A stretch of 64,000 nucleotides of DNA from Dictyostelium discoideum (lineage: Eukaryota): positions 6,368,001 to 6,432,000 of the forward strand of contig CM000151.3 of NCBI GenBank assembly GCA_000004695.1. Direction: 5' to 3'. The notes below the pieces were generated by a model. The model saw only the letters and a list, made by a program, of their open reading frames with translations, did not search any database and was not told the DNA's origin. Below are positions 12,328-23,555 of this stretch, piece by piece (within the stretch, counting starts at the first letter, position 1; each line of letters starts with the position of its first letter). The translations under genes were made by a program, and so were the position numbers.

Positions 12328-12372
12328 ACCGCTTTTAGGTAAAAAAAAAAATCAAGATATTGTTCCTTTTTT
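12186..12372 (+). repeat. Tandem array (4-5 units) of accgcttttaggt-(A)10-38-atcaagatattgtt(ac). One more unit lies at 11437-11480 on the other side of the TRE3-like fragment
   Basis: Read directly from the sequence. The units look like extremely 5'-truncated poly(A) retroelement tails with a duplicated 14-bp target. Confidence 0.6.
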
Positions 12373-12425
12373 TTTTTTTTTAATAACATCACTCAATTTG
12401 AGTGTGTTCTAGGAGAGTTTATTTG

Positions 12426-12459
<34 letters not shown>

Positions 12460-12582
12460 CTTTTTTTCTTGTTATTCTTATTTTTTTTTTTTTTATTATT
12501 ATTATATTATTATTATTATTATTATATTATTATTATTATATTATTATTATTATTATATTATTATTATTATTATTATTGTTAT

Positions 12583-12616
<34 letters not shown>

Positions 12617-12621
<5 letters not shown>

Positions 12622-15600
12622 AGTAGTTGGTGTTATATGAGCAGTATGGTATGAAGTGTTCCGGGATTTTTATGGTCATGAGTTTCGAGTTCCAGTTGTG
12701 GCTGAATTTTTCGAGTCTTCTTTTTATTGATGCGGTCCGATTGATTGACTCTCGGTTATCAGTGCATCTTAGTTCTTGACGTAGTTGTTTTTCTACTATC
12801 TTTCTTGTTCTATCCCATTCGGCATCTCTCGCTTTTTTTATTTTATGAATTATTTGGTTCTCTGTTATTATTGTAGTGTTATCGTTGAATTTTATTTGAT
12901 TTCTTCTGTACCATATCGATTCCATAATGGCTCCTATCAGATTTGATGAGAATGGTGTGAGTAGTTTTCCGAGAACTTTTTCGCTCCATGGACCGTGGTA
13001 AGTGTTGTTGGAGTCTTTACAGACCTTTTGATAGATTGAGTCGATATTCTGTTTTATTGATTTGCATTCGAAGAAGATGTGCATAGACGATTCTTCTTCT
13101 TTACATGAGTGGCAATTCTCCCCATGGTGTTTTGGAAGTGCCTTGAGTAGATATCTCCATGCTAAGTCTCTTCCTTTGATAGTTGTGATTGATCTGGCTT
13201 CTCTAAATGGTAGAATTGGGTGATTAATGTTCTTTTGAATCAGTTTTTGACCTGTTGTTGGCTGGTGTTTGTTCCATCCCTTGTATTTGATATCCATCAT
13301 GTTTCTATAGATTACTTTTAATTTTTGTTTGTTTTCGTATTTGGGTTTGACTTGGTTTAGTTTGAGAGTTATTCGCTCTCTTGGGTGGTGCAACAACTTC
13401 CAGGCTTTCCAGCATTTGATGTGAATCCTTGATAGTGAGTTTTCTTTTTCCGACTTCCAGACTTCCATATGTGGAGGGCAGTTCTGGTCGTCTTTTTCTC
13501 TGAGGTATTGTTCGTATATCCATGCTTTCTGGGCATTGGATCTGGTTGCCATATTCCAGAGTTCCAGGCCTCCAATTTCATAGTCTCTTCTGCTCCTTTC
13601 TTTTGAGATAGCCCACCTGTCCCCTTTGAATAACATGTTGGCATTAACGTTCTCCAGTTTCTTTATGTCATTTATTTCGTTGATGTATAGTTGGAATGTT
13701 AGTTGGGACAGCAGGTATGATTTGAGGATTGTGATTCTACCTTTTAGCGTTGATGACACGCTCGAATAGCATTTTGTGAGGTTTTCCAGTTTGTTCACCG
13801 TATCATCTACTTTGCTTATTACACCTTTGCGGTTGAAGAAAAAGCCAAGATATCTTTCTTCTTCTTTCGCCCCAATTGTCTTATATTTGGTCTTTATCTT
13901 TGGGTTTTTAGTGATGCACACACATTTATTATCGTTTATTTTTGCTGCTGTGGCTTGGCAAAATTTTATAACTTTCATATCCATTTTATCTGCGTCATCT
14001 ATGTTACTGGCTAGTGTGACTGTGTCGTCTGCATATTGTCCAATCTTCATCGAATTGTTCTGATTGAGTTTTATGCCTATTATGGTATTGTCTTTTCTTA
14101 TTGATGTTGATAAGCATTCACATACTATAGCGAAGAGAGTTGGTGAAATTGGGTCGCCCTGTTTTGTACCTCTTCCTGCTCTGAAGGATTCAGAGAGTTG
14201 TCCATTTACCATGACCCTTATGTTGGTGTTCGTTAACATGCTTAGTATTGTGTTTGTTATTTTCCGAGGGAACTTTAGATGGTTTAGAGTCCTTATTAAC
14301 GCTTTATGAGATATTGAATCGAAGGCTTTTTCGAAGTCATAAAAGGTGATTATCGTGTTTCTATCACTCTTTTCCATTGCTAAATCCAAAGCTATAATGT
14401 TGTTGTGGAGTAGCCTTCCTGGTATAAAACCGTTCTGGTACTTTGAGATTATGTTTGGCAGGATTTTTAGTATTCTATTGTTGATTATTTTTGAGTAGAT
14501 TTTGTAGTCTACGTTGAGTAACGTTATTGGTCTTCTGTTTGAGATTTCCAAGACATCCCCTTTACCTTTGTATATTGATGTAAGGATACCGTTCTTGAAT
14601 TCTGTTGGAATTTCATTGTTTAAAAAGAAGTTGAATAGTTCTGTGAGGATTGGAATTAGTTTGTGTTGGTGGATTTTATAGAATGAAGATGTTATTCCAT
14701 CTTCTCCTGGTGATTTACCTTCTGCTATCTTTTCTATTGCTAGCTTAACCTCATATTCTTCGATTCTGTCTTCCATCTCTGTTAATTTTTTTTTATCTAT
14801 TGGTGGGTTCCAGGTGCTTAGAAGTTCTGTATGTGTTTCTTGGTCGCATTCTTTCTCTTTGAAGAGTGTCTCGTAATATTTTCTGAAGCAATCTGTTATT
14901 TCTTTTTGTTCTGTTTCGATTTCTCCATTGGATGGGTTCTTTATTCTGTGAATCTGGGAGCTCGAGTCTCTTTTTTTAAGAATAGATGTAAGGAGATTTG
15001 ATGCTATTTCTTTATTGTTGATGTAGTTGATTGAGCTTTTGATCATTCTGTCTATTCTTTCTTCTTCTTGAAGTATTGTTATTTCGTTCGATATTGTTTC
15101 TTTTTCATATTTGTTTTTTGTTTTTGTGTGTTCATTTGCTAGATTTGATAGCGTTTTTTTTCTCTCTAGTATTCTTTTCTTTTCTGTTGTAATGCATTGT
15201 TTTTTTATTTTTTTTTTGAACTTAATCCAGTATTCCGTTATGTTAAGGTTTTTTCTTTTGGTTTCCTGGTAGTGGTCGATTATTTTTTCTATCTTTTTTA
15301 TTGTTTTATCTTCTTTAATTATTATTGAGTTCATTTTCCATAGGGGTGATTTGTATATTTTTGTGAAATTTGGTATTTTGAAATCCATCACTACTATGTT
15401 ATGGTCTGATTTGTTTATTTTATCTATTATCTTGTACGAGTGATTGAGTTGGTGCATCTTTGTTGATAAGAATGTTCTATCGATTAGTTTATCTTTGAAG
15501 GTTGTTTTAGTTGTTGAATTTGGTAGTATTTCGGTGAGTCCTACTTCCATCATTAGGAATTCTATTGTTTCATTTTCTGTGAATTTTCTCTTATCGGATG

Positions 15601-16048
15601 ATCCATCTTTGAACTTGATTTTTGCATATTTGTTGATGTTAAAGTCACCAGTAACTATGTCTGCCTGTTCTAGATCTTCAAGGGAAATATTGTTTGAAAA
15701 CCATCCTTTTCTTCTGTCATATGAGGCTGGTGCATAGATGCAAATTATGTTGATTTCCATATTGTTTAGAATTGCAGTAAATTTTAAGATTCTGCCTTCT
15801 TTTTCTTCCAAGTTTTTAATTTCTATTTGTTCTAGGTGATTTATTGCCATTACTCCTTTTCCTCTTGCTTCTTTTCCTTTTCCTCCTGTTGAGTAATGGT
15901 TTTTGATTTGCGCTAGATTTTGATCCTTTTTTAGATTTGTTTCTGTTAGTATTGATATATCAGGTTTTATTAGGTTAATTGTATTTTTTGTCTGATTCAT
16001 GCTTTTGATTGTTGAGCAACCTTGGCAATTCCAGGTCATTATTTTTAT

Positions 16049-16098
<50 letters not shown>

Positions 16099-16125
16099 TT
16101 TTTTTTTTTTTTTTTTTTTTTTTTT

Positions 16126-16163
<38 letters not shown>

Positions 16164-16165
16164 AA
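12617..16165 (-). CDS. TRE5 ORF2: apurinic-like endonuclease plus reverse transcriptase, with C-terminal Cys/His motif
   Basis: 1182-aa ORF. The first 38 codons are poly-Lys from a ~110-nt internal oligo(A). The functional start is probably ATG at 16049-16051 (MIKIMTWNCQG...) or ORF2 is reached by frameshift from ORF1 (+1 frame relative to ORF1). Confidence 0.8.
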
Positions 16166-17522
16166 ATGAGACAGATGGAAGTATGTCTTGGAGTACTTTG
16201 GGCAATTTGTCTCTTAGTGCTGCTTCCATTAGATCTGATTCTTCCTTTGTTATTTTAGTTGGAGTTTTGTAAGGTGTTGATATTTCTTGGTGATTAGTTG
16301 TTGGGTTTGGAGATGAGTTGGATCTTTTTCTTTTTACTGTCTCTGGGGTTGCTGGAGATTCTGGATTTTGGATAGGTGACATTGTTTGTCTTTTTTTGAT
16401 TGAGGCTAACCTTGGGGTTTCCTTCTTTTTTTGGTTATTTATTTTTTCTTCAAAAATTCTGTTCTCTTCTTCATTTTCGAACATCTTTCTTACCACTTCT
16501 AATGCTTCTTCATCTTCAGTTAACTCCATTTTCCTTTTCTCTTTGCTGTCAACACTATATGTTACTGTTATTGGTGGGACACGAAGTACTTTTCTCTTTT
16601 CAATATTGTTTATTGTGTTTGTCGTTTCTGTCGTTGTGGTTGTTGTAGTTGCTCTAATTGTTGTGGGTTTTTTATTTTCAATTTCGTTTTCCTTTACTTT
16701 TTCGTTTTTGCTCTTGTCTTTGATGTTGTCATTATTGATTTCTTTATTATTTTCTTTTCTGTTTTCTATTTTGTTTTTGTTGTTATTTTTTGATTCGCTA
16801 GTGTTTTTATGATTGGATTCTTCTTTTGATTTTATGTTTATTCTTGTGTTTTCCTTTATCTCGGGATTTGGTAGTTCCGTGATTTTTGAATTTTCTGAGA
16901 TTTCGTCTTCGATTTCCTTATTTGTTTTTCTTTGATTTTTTGTTTCTTCTGTTGTAGTGAGGAATAGTATTGTTATGTGTTTACAATGTATTAGCTGGTC
17001 TTTGTGCTCTGGACTGATAATTGAGTTGAATGAGTGTATTATCAGGTTTTCACCTAAATTATCTAATTTGATTATTTCCAGTCCTTCTTCATGCAATGTT
17101 TTTTCTACTATGTCCATTGATTTTTCCCAGTTGAATGTTTTGAAGATCTTTTTTGGTTTTATTATTGCTCTGTGAACTCCTTTTAGTACTCCGTTGAAAA
17201 CGTTAGAGTACTTGATTACTTGAGTTCTGCAGTCAGTTAGGATTTTGAATTTATTCTTACTTATTATTATCTTATCATCTCCTTGTAAATGAATTTCCAA
17301 TTCTGCTTTTAAGTTGTTGGAAATCTCATCTGGGATATTGATCATGAATTTATATTGTTTTAGTTCAATTTGAGTGTGGTATATTGCTTCGCTTATTTTA
17401 TCAAGTGTTCTGTACGTATTTTTTAAATATTTGAACTTTGTTCTGAGTTCATTTGATTTCTTGATTTTATCTGCCAATGTTTCTGTTGATTCTGTCATTA
17501 TTGTATTTGCCAATTTATTCAT
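16158..17522 (-). CDS. TRE5 ORF1 (454 aa, basic and Lys/Glu/Asn-rich nucleic-acid-binding type)
   Basis: Sits just upstream of ORF2 within the same element. The stop TAA is followed directly by the oligo(A) tract. ORF2 overlaps it by 8 nt in another frame. Confidence 0.7.
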
Positions 17523-17599
17523 TTCTTTTTTTTCTTTAAAATCTTTATTCGACTTTAAAAATTTAAAATTCTGGAAATTCCCTGAAAGAATGTTTTCGG

Positions 17600-17671
<72 letters not shown>

Positions 17672-17674
<3 letters not shown>

Positions 17675-18930
17675 TCTTTTTTTTATATGAAAAATGAAAT
17701 AATCAAATAAAAAAAGTGTTGTTGTTGATGTTTTTTCTCTTACTGATTATTTTTTCCTTTTTTTTTCAATTTTGCTTCGCAAAATTTTCAAAAAAAAGAA
17801 AAAAATAAATTACAATAAAATAAAGAAATAAAGTAGTTTATTCTAAGTGTATTTTATTTTATTTTTTTTAAGTCTTTTTTTTATATGAAAAATGAAATAA
17901 TCAAATAAAAAAAGTGTTGTTGTTGATGTTTTTTCTCTTACTGATTATTTTTTCCTTTTTTTTTCAATTTTGCTTCGCAAAATTTTCAAAAAAAAGAAAA
18001 AAATAAATTACAATAAAATAAAGAAATAAAGTAGTTTATTCTAAGTGTATTTTATTTTATTTTTTTTAAGTCTTTTTTTTATATGAAAAATGAAATAATC
18101 AAATAAAAAAAGTGTTGTTGTTGATGTTTTTTCTCTTACTGATTATTTTTTCCTTTTTTTTTCAATTTTGCTTCGCAAAATTTTCAAAAAAAAGAAAAAA
18201 ATAAATTACAATAAAATAAAGAAATAAAGTAGTTTATTCTAAGTGTATTTTATTTTATTTTTTTTAAGTCTTTTTTTTATATGAAAAATGAAATAATCAA
18301 ATAAAAAAAGTGTTGTTGTTGATGTTTTTTCTCTTACTGATTATTTTTTCCTTTTTTTTTCAATTTTGCTTCGCAAAATTTTCAAAAAAAAGAAAAAAAT
18401 AAATTACAATAAAATAAAGAAATAAAGTAGTTTATTCTAAGTGTATTTTATTTTATTTTTTTTAAGTCTTTTTTTTATATGAAAAATGAAATAATCAAAT
18501 AAAAAAAGTGTTGTTGTTGATGTTTTTTCTCTTACTGATTATTTTTTCCTTTTTTTTTCAATTTTGCTTCGCAAAATTTTCAAAAAAAAGAAAAAAATAA
18601 ATTACAATAAAATAAAGAAATAAAGTAGTTTATTCTAAGTGTATTTTATTTTATTTTTTTTAAGTCTTTTTTTTATATGAAAAATGAAATAATCAAATAA
18701 AAAAAGTGTTGTTGTTGATGTTTTTTCTCTTACTGATTATTTTTTCCTTTTTTTTTCAATTTTGCTTCGCAAAATTTTCAAAAAAAAGAAAAAAATAAAT
18801 TACAATAAAATAAAGAAATAAAGTAGTTTATTCTAAGTGTATTTTATTTTATTTTTTTTAAGTCTTTTTTTTATATGAAAAATGAAATAATCAAATAAAA
18901 AAAGTGTTGTTGTTGATGTTTTTCCTCTTC
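17672..18930. repeat. 6.35 tandem copies of a 198-bp unit (TRE5 A-module-like 5' repeat, putative promoter region)
   Basis: Units begin at 17672, 17870, 18068, 18266, 18464, 18662 and 18860, and are almost identical. The array is preceded by a 75-nt oligo(dT) on the + strand at 17596-17671. Confidence 0.85.
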
Positions 18931-18976
18931 TATTGTTCCTTAATAAATTTGTAATATGAGTTATTTTTTCATCAAA

Positions 18977-19050
18977 GGGACTATAGTTTAGTTGGATATA
19001 ACGACCGGCTACGAACCGGTAGGTCTCAGGTTCGACCCCTGATGGTCTCG
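18977..19050 (+). tRNA. tRNA-Arg (anticodon ACG)
   Basis: 74 nt. Acceptor gggacta/tggtctc (two G-U pairs), anticodon stem accgg/ccggt with loop ct-ACG-aa, T-arm tcagg-ttcgacc-cctga, discriminator G. Confidence 0.7.
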
Positions 19051-19082
19051 TATATTTTTAATCGCCTTGTAATTGAGACATT

Positions 19083-19093
19083 GGTTCGATTCT
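19083..19093 (+). promoter_or_regulatory. External B box (ex-B, ggttcgattct) 33 bp downstream of tRNA-Arg
   Basis: 10/11 match to the Pol III B-box consensus GGTTCGANTCC, at the position typical for Dictyostelium ex-B boxes (an extra TFIIIC site). Confidence 0.5.
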
Positions 19094-19803
19094 GGTCAGC
19101 CCTAATCAATTTGAGGTTTGTGCAACGATAAAATAATCCAATTAATTTTCGAATAAAAGACCCCATACGATTTCCTGAAACAAATAATTAAATTAACTTT
19201 CAAATTTTATAGTATCCAAGAAACAATTCCCAAATCTAATCTCATTCGACCGATTACAATTTTTTTATCTGATTTATTAATATAATTTATTTAAATTTTA
19301 AAAACTAATATTTTAAAAAAAAAATGATAATTATAATAATAATAATAACTATATTTTACTACACTATATTTTAAAATTAAAATTCTTTTTTTGATAAATT
19401 AAAAAAGAATAACTATTTTACATTCCTGTATCGTTGCTTAGACAATAATCTTAGGATATATAATGAAGCAATGCCTTCTGCATGTAAACTTTTAAACAAT
19501 AATTAAAATAATAAAATATCTATTTTTCCAATTTAACATTTTTATTATAAAAAAAAACCTGTATCTTAGTTTTGAGAAATTAAAAATAATAATAATAATT
19601 ATAATAATAATAATAAAATGAATTTTCCTATATTTTAAATAAATAATAAAAAGTAATAAACAATTGTCTTTGTTTATTTTTTATTTTGTTTTAAAAAAAG
19701 TTTTATATTTTAAAAATTATTATATTCACTTTTTTTTTATTTTTTTTTTTTTTTATTTATTTATTTACTGTTATTACTTTTTTTTTTGTTTTTTTTAAAA
19801 AAT

Positions 19804-21569
19804 TTATAATTGATCATCATTATCTTGTGAAGATGGAGATAATCTAATTTCATCGTAAGGTGCAGCAGTTTTAGTTCTCATTCCTCTTGATTTTGCATGA
19901 GTTCTCCAAAGGAGGAAACCAACGACACCTAAAAGTATGGCAGTGATTGGAATGAAAATGGCGACAGCAATTTTAGCATCAGTATTTGGATCTTTATCAT
20001 TATCAGATTCAATACCACAACCACCTGGACAACCACAATCACCTGGCGAAGTTACACAAGAGGAAGTACAATAATCAGTTGAAGAACTTGAATTGGTAGC
20101 ACTATTATCCTCGAATAAATTTCTCGTATTGAAACGAGCGGTTGCATTACTACAATAGATTGCACCACCATTCTCTGAAGCTGAATTCATTGTAAAGTTT
20201 GCATCTCTAATGAAAAGTTGAGATTTAAAGTATGGCTCTGTATCCAATGCAAAAATACCACCACCTCTTGCTGCTTTATTTGATTGATAATTTGATTGTT
20301 GCATAAATATTCTAGAATCTAATAAATATGATCCACCACCATTCTCTGTTGCTTCATTTGAAATAAATGTTGCATTATAATATTGATTTGCCGAATTATT
20401 ATCAAATAATCCACTACCATTAATTGCTCTATAAAAAAAAATAAAAAAATAAATTATTAATTAAATATTAAATTTTTTATATTTTTTTGTATTATGCTTT
20501 TTTTTTTTTTTTTTTGTTCAAAACTTACTTATTTGAATCAAATAATAAATGATCCCAAGATACGGAAGTTATATCAGCAACGGCTAAAGTATATAAACCT
20601 CCACCAGATTTTAAAGCAGTATTTGAGATGAATTTATTGGAGGTCATTGTTAAATATTGATAAGCACAATAGACACCACCACCATTTATTGCATTATTAT
20701 TTTTAAAGATTGAATTTGTAATTTGAAGTTTAGCAGTACCAGATGGTAAATAAATAGCGCCACCATTACCAGCGGAAGCTTTATTATTTTCAAAGATACA
20801 ATTTTCAATATGAGCTGATGATTGTGAATTATAGAATAATGCACCACTTGTACCACCAACATTATCTTTGAATAAACAATTCTCGAATGATACTATGGTT
20901 GAACTAGTGGTGATAACAGATGCTTGACGGAAATCATCAGTTGAGAAACCACCATTTTTAAATTGTAAACCTCTTATTATGATTGGTGTTAATGCTGATT
21001 GGAAATAAATGATATATTCATTTGGTGAACTTCCAACAAATGTTGCATATCTATCAGTTGATGCCATTGGTAACAATGGTGAACTTTGATTGTATGTATA
21101 GCTGGCTTGTTCATCAATTGCTTGTATTAATATTGGGAATCTATAGAAAATATCACTAATTGTAATATATGTATTACTACCTGATCCTTTATATACTTTT
21201 TCATTATCATCTTTATCACTTGCTACAATATATATAACTCTTGTTATTGTTATATTCTTTGTATCGCATTCATTATTTATCATTGAAATTTTATCAATTG
21301 CTGATTTTAAATTTGAAAATGGGCTAAATAAAATTAATTTTAAAAAAAAATAAAAAAAAAAAAACTTAATATTTGTTTATGTCTTTATATTTTTTTTTTT
21401 TTTAAAAAAAAAATTTTGATTAATCTTACTTTGAAAAATTACCATTCTGAACCGTTGAATCTGCATCATATTTAACCCACCAAATACAAGTACTATTATA
21501 TGTTTGTGTTGATGCAACTTCTATTAATATATAAATACTAAATATTATAAACAAAATGAATTTTAATTT

Positions 21570-21572
<3 letters not shown>
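19804..21572 (-). CDS. Type I membrane protein composed of parallel beta-helix (PbH1-like) repeats; three exons
   Basis: Exons 21572..21431 (signal peptide MKLKFILFIIFSIYILIEVAS..., donor GTAAGA), 21323..20528 (acceptor TTTATTTAG, donor GTAAGT) and 20428..19804 (acceptor TTTTTATAG). Introns are 107 and 99 bp and phases are consistent. Repeats N-x-x-x-GG(A/G)(I/L)Y and x-NN-A-x-x-GG occur about 10 times. A Cys cluster, a TM segment (IAVAIFIPITAILLGVVGFLLW) and a short cytoplasmic tail follow. Confidence 0.6.
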
Positions 21573-21622
<50 letters not shown>

Positions 21623-22837
21623 TATAATATTTAAATGCGTGTATTTATTATAATTAAAAAAAAAAAAAAAAATTTATTGATAAATAGCTGCGAAAAAATA
21701 TTTTAATGTTAAAATAGAAGATATTTTAATAATTAACACTATTATTTTATTATTTTATTATTTTATTTTTGAATGCCAAAAAAAAATAAAAAAATTGAAT
21801 TAGTAAAAAAAAAAATTATAAAAAAAAAAAATTAATAAATTAAAAATAAATATTTATTCTTAATGTGTATAAAAATAAAGTGAATGGTGGTGAGTTTTTT
21901 TGTTAACGATGGGTTATGTGTGGGGAAAAAAAAAATTGAAAAAAATAAAAAAAATTTAAAAATAAATAAAAAAAAAAAAATAAAAAAAAAAAGTTTTTTT
22001 GGTTGTTTAAAAAAAAAAAAAAAGTTATCGAGATTATAAATAGATATTTTATAAACAGTTGGTTTATACCTTTTTATTTATCATATATTTGAACTTCTTA
22101 TTTTAAAAAGAAAAAAAAAAAATAATAAAAGATTTAAATAATAATAAAATAAAAAAAAAAAATTTTAAAAAAAAAAAAAAAATAAAAAAAAAAAATAGGA
22201 AAAAAAATTTAAAAATAAAAAAAAAAAAAATGGTTTTAAAACCAGGTTTTAATCACTTTTTTTTTTATAATTATTTTAAGCAAAAAATCACTTTTTTTCT
22301 TTTTTTCTTTTTTTTTCTTTTTGTAAAAGGAAAAACCATAAAAAAAAAAAAAAAAAAAAAAAATATTAAAAGAAAAAGTGATTTTTTTTTTTTTTGATTA
22401 CTAAAAAAGAAAGAAAAAACATTTTTGGGAATAACAAACAAAAACATAAACCCATTCTAAATAATCAAAAATAAAAAGAAATTATACATTACATACCAAT
22501 CATTAATTTTTGTCTGAATCACAAAATAAAAAAATAAAAAAAAAAAAAAAAAAAACAATAAAAGATTTAAATAATAGAATTTTTAAATAAATCTTAGTTA
22601 TTATAAAATAAAGTAATGATTAATCATTTTGTATTTAAACAAAAAACAAATTAAAAAATGAAATGTTTTTTTATTTTTTTTTTTTTTTTATTTTTATTTT
22701 TTATTTTTTTTTATTTTTTTTTTTTTTGTCAAAAAACGAAATATTAATCGTTTTTTTTTTTTTTTTTATTTTTTTTTTATTTTTATTTTTACTTTTTTAA
22801 CTAATATTTCTTACATTCCATTTCTTTTCAAACTAAA

Positions 22838-23480
22838 ATGGAACATTCAAAAATTCAAGAATATAAAGAGAGTGGATTCGTTTTTGATTCATCAAAATCA
22901 TTTAGTATTGATGAAATTGATGGTAAAGAATTATGGTTAATTAAAATTCCAAGAGATGTAAGTCAATATTTTTTTTTTTTCATATTTTACATTCAGATAA
23001 ACACACACACACACACATATCCTTTATTTAAATTATCTTCTTCAAATTGGGAGTATTGTTATTATAATTTTTTAACTTTTTTTTTTATTTCTTTTTTATT
23101 TATTTTTAGTTACCATATGAATCATTACCAAATAAAATACAAGTATCAGATTTAAATAAAGTTAATGTTAAATCAATTGATATTAATAAAAAGAAATTTA
23201 CAATTCATCAAGATGATACTGAACAAATTCAAGGATTATTTAATGTTTGGTCAAAGAATTCAAATAATGGTAAAATGGGATTAGGTAAACCATTCACTAA
23301 ATTCATTCAAATTGATGAATCAGTAAATTTACCAAAAGAACAAGTTGAACCAAAACCACTTCCAAAACCAAAACAACAACATGATCTCTTAAAAGGACGT
23401 TATGATCCACCAGGTTCTTCTGGTTGTATGTAATCAATAATTATTTATTATTTATTATTTATTATTTAATCATAATCATA

Positions 23481-23555
<75 letters not shown>

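Larger units (their letters stand above)
12463..18930 (-). mobile_element. Full-length TRE5-type (TRE5-A-like) tRNA-gene-targeted non-LTR retrotransposon, about 6.47 kb: A-module-like repeats, ORF1, ORF2 (EN+RT), 3' module with A-rich tail
   Basis: ORF2 (12617..16165) has an APE-type endonuclease N-terminus (MTWNCQGCS...LTETNL) and RT motifs (FIPGR.., F.DFEKAFDS.., QYADDTV). ORF1 is 16158..17522. The 5' end abuts tRNA-Arg 46 bp upstream (head-to-head), as for TRE5 elements. The 3' terminal ~150 bp are shared with the truncated copy at 10381-10530. Confidence 0.85.

Noticed and set aside
13305-15737. Several 70-100-aa ORFs on both strands within the TRE5 ORF2 region (13305..13523, 13369..13644, 13776..14063, 14064..14309, 15444..15737) and within ORF1 (16318..16812, 16400..16648, 16957..17175, 17374..17673)
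   Set aside because: They are alternative-frame or antisense readings inside a clearly defined EN-RT ORF and ORF1.
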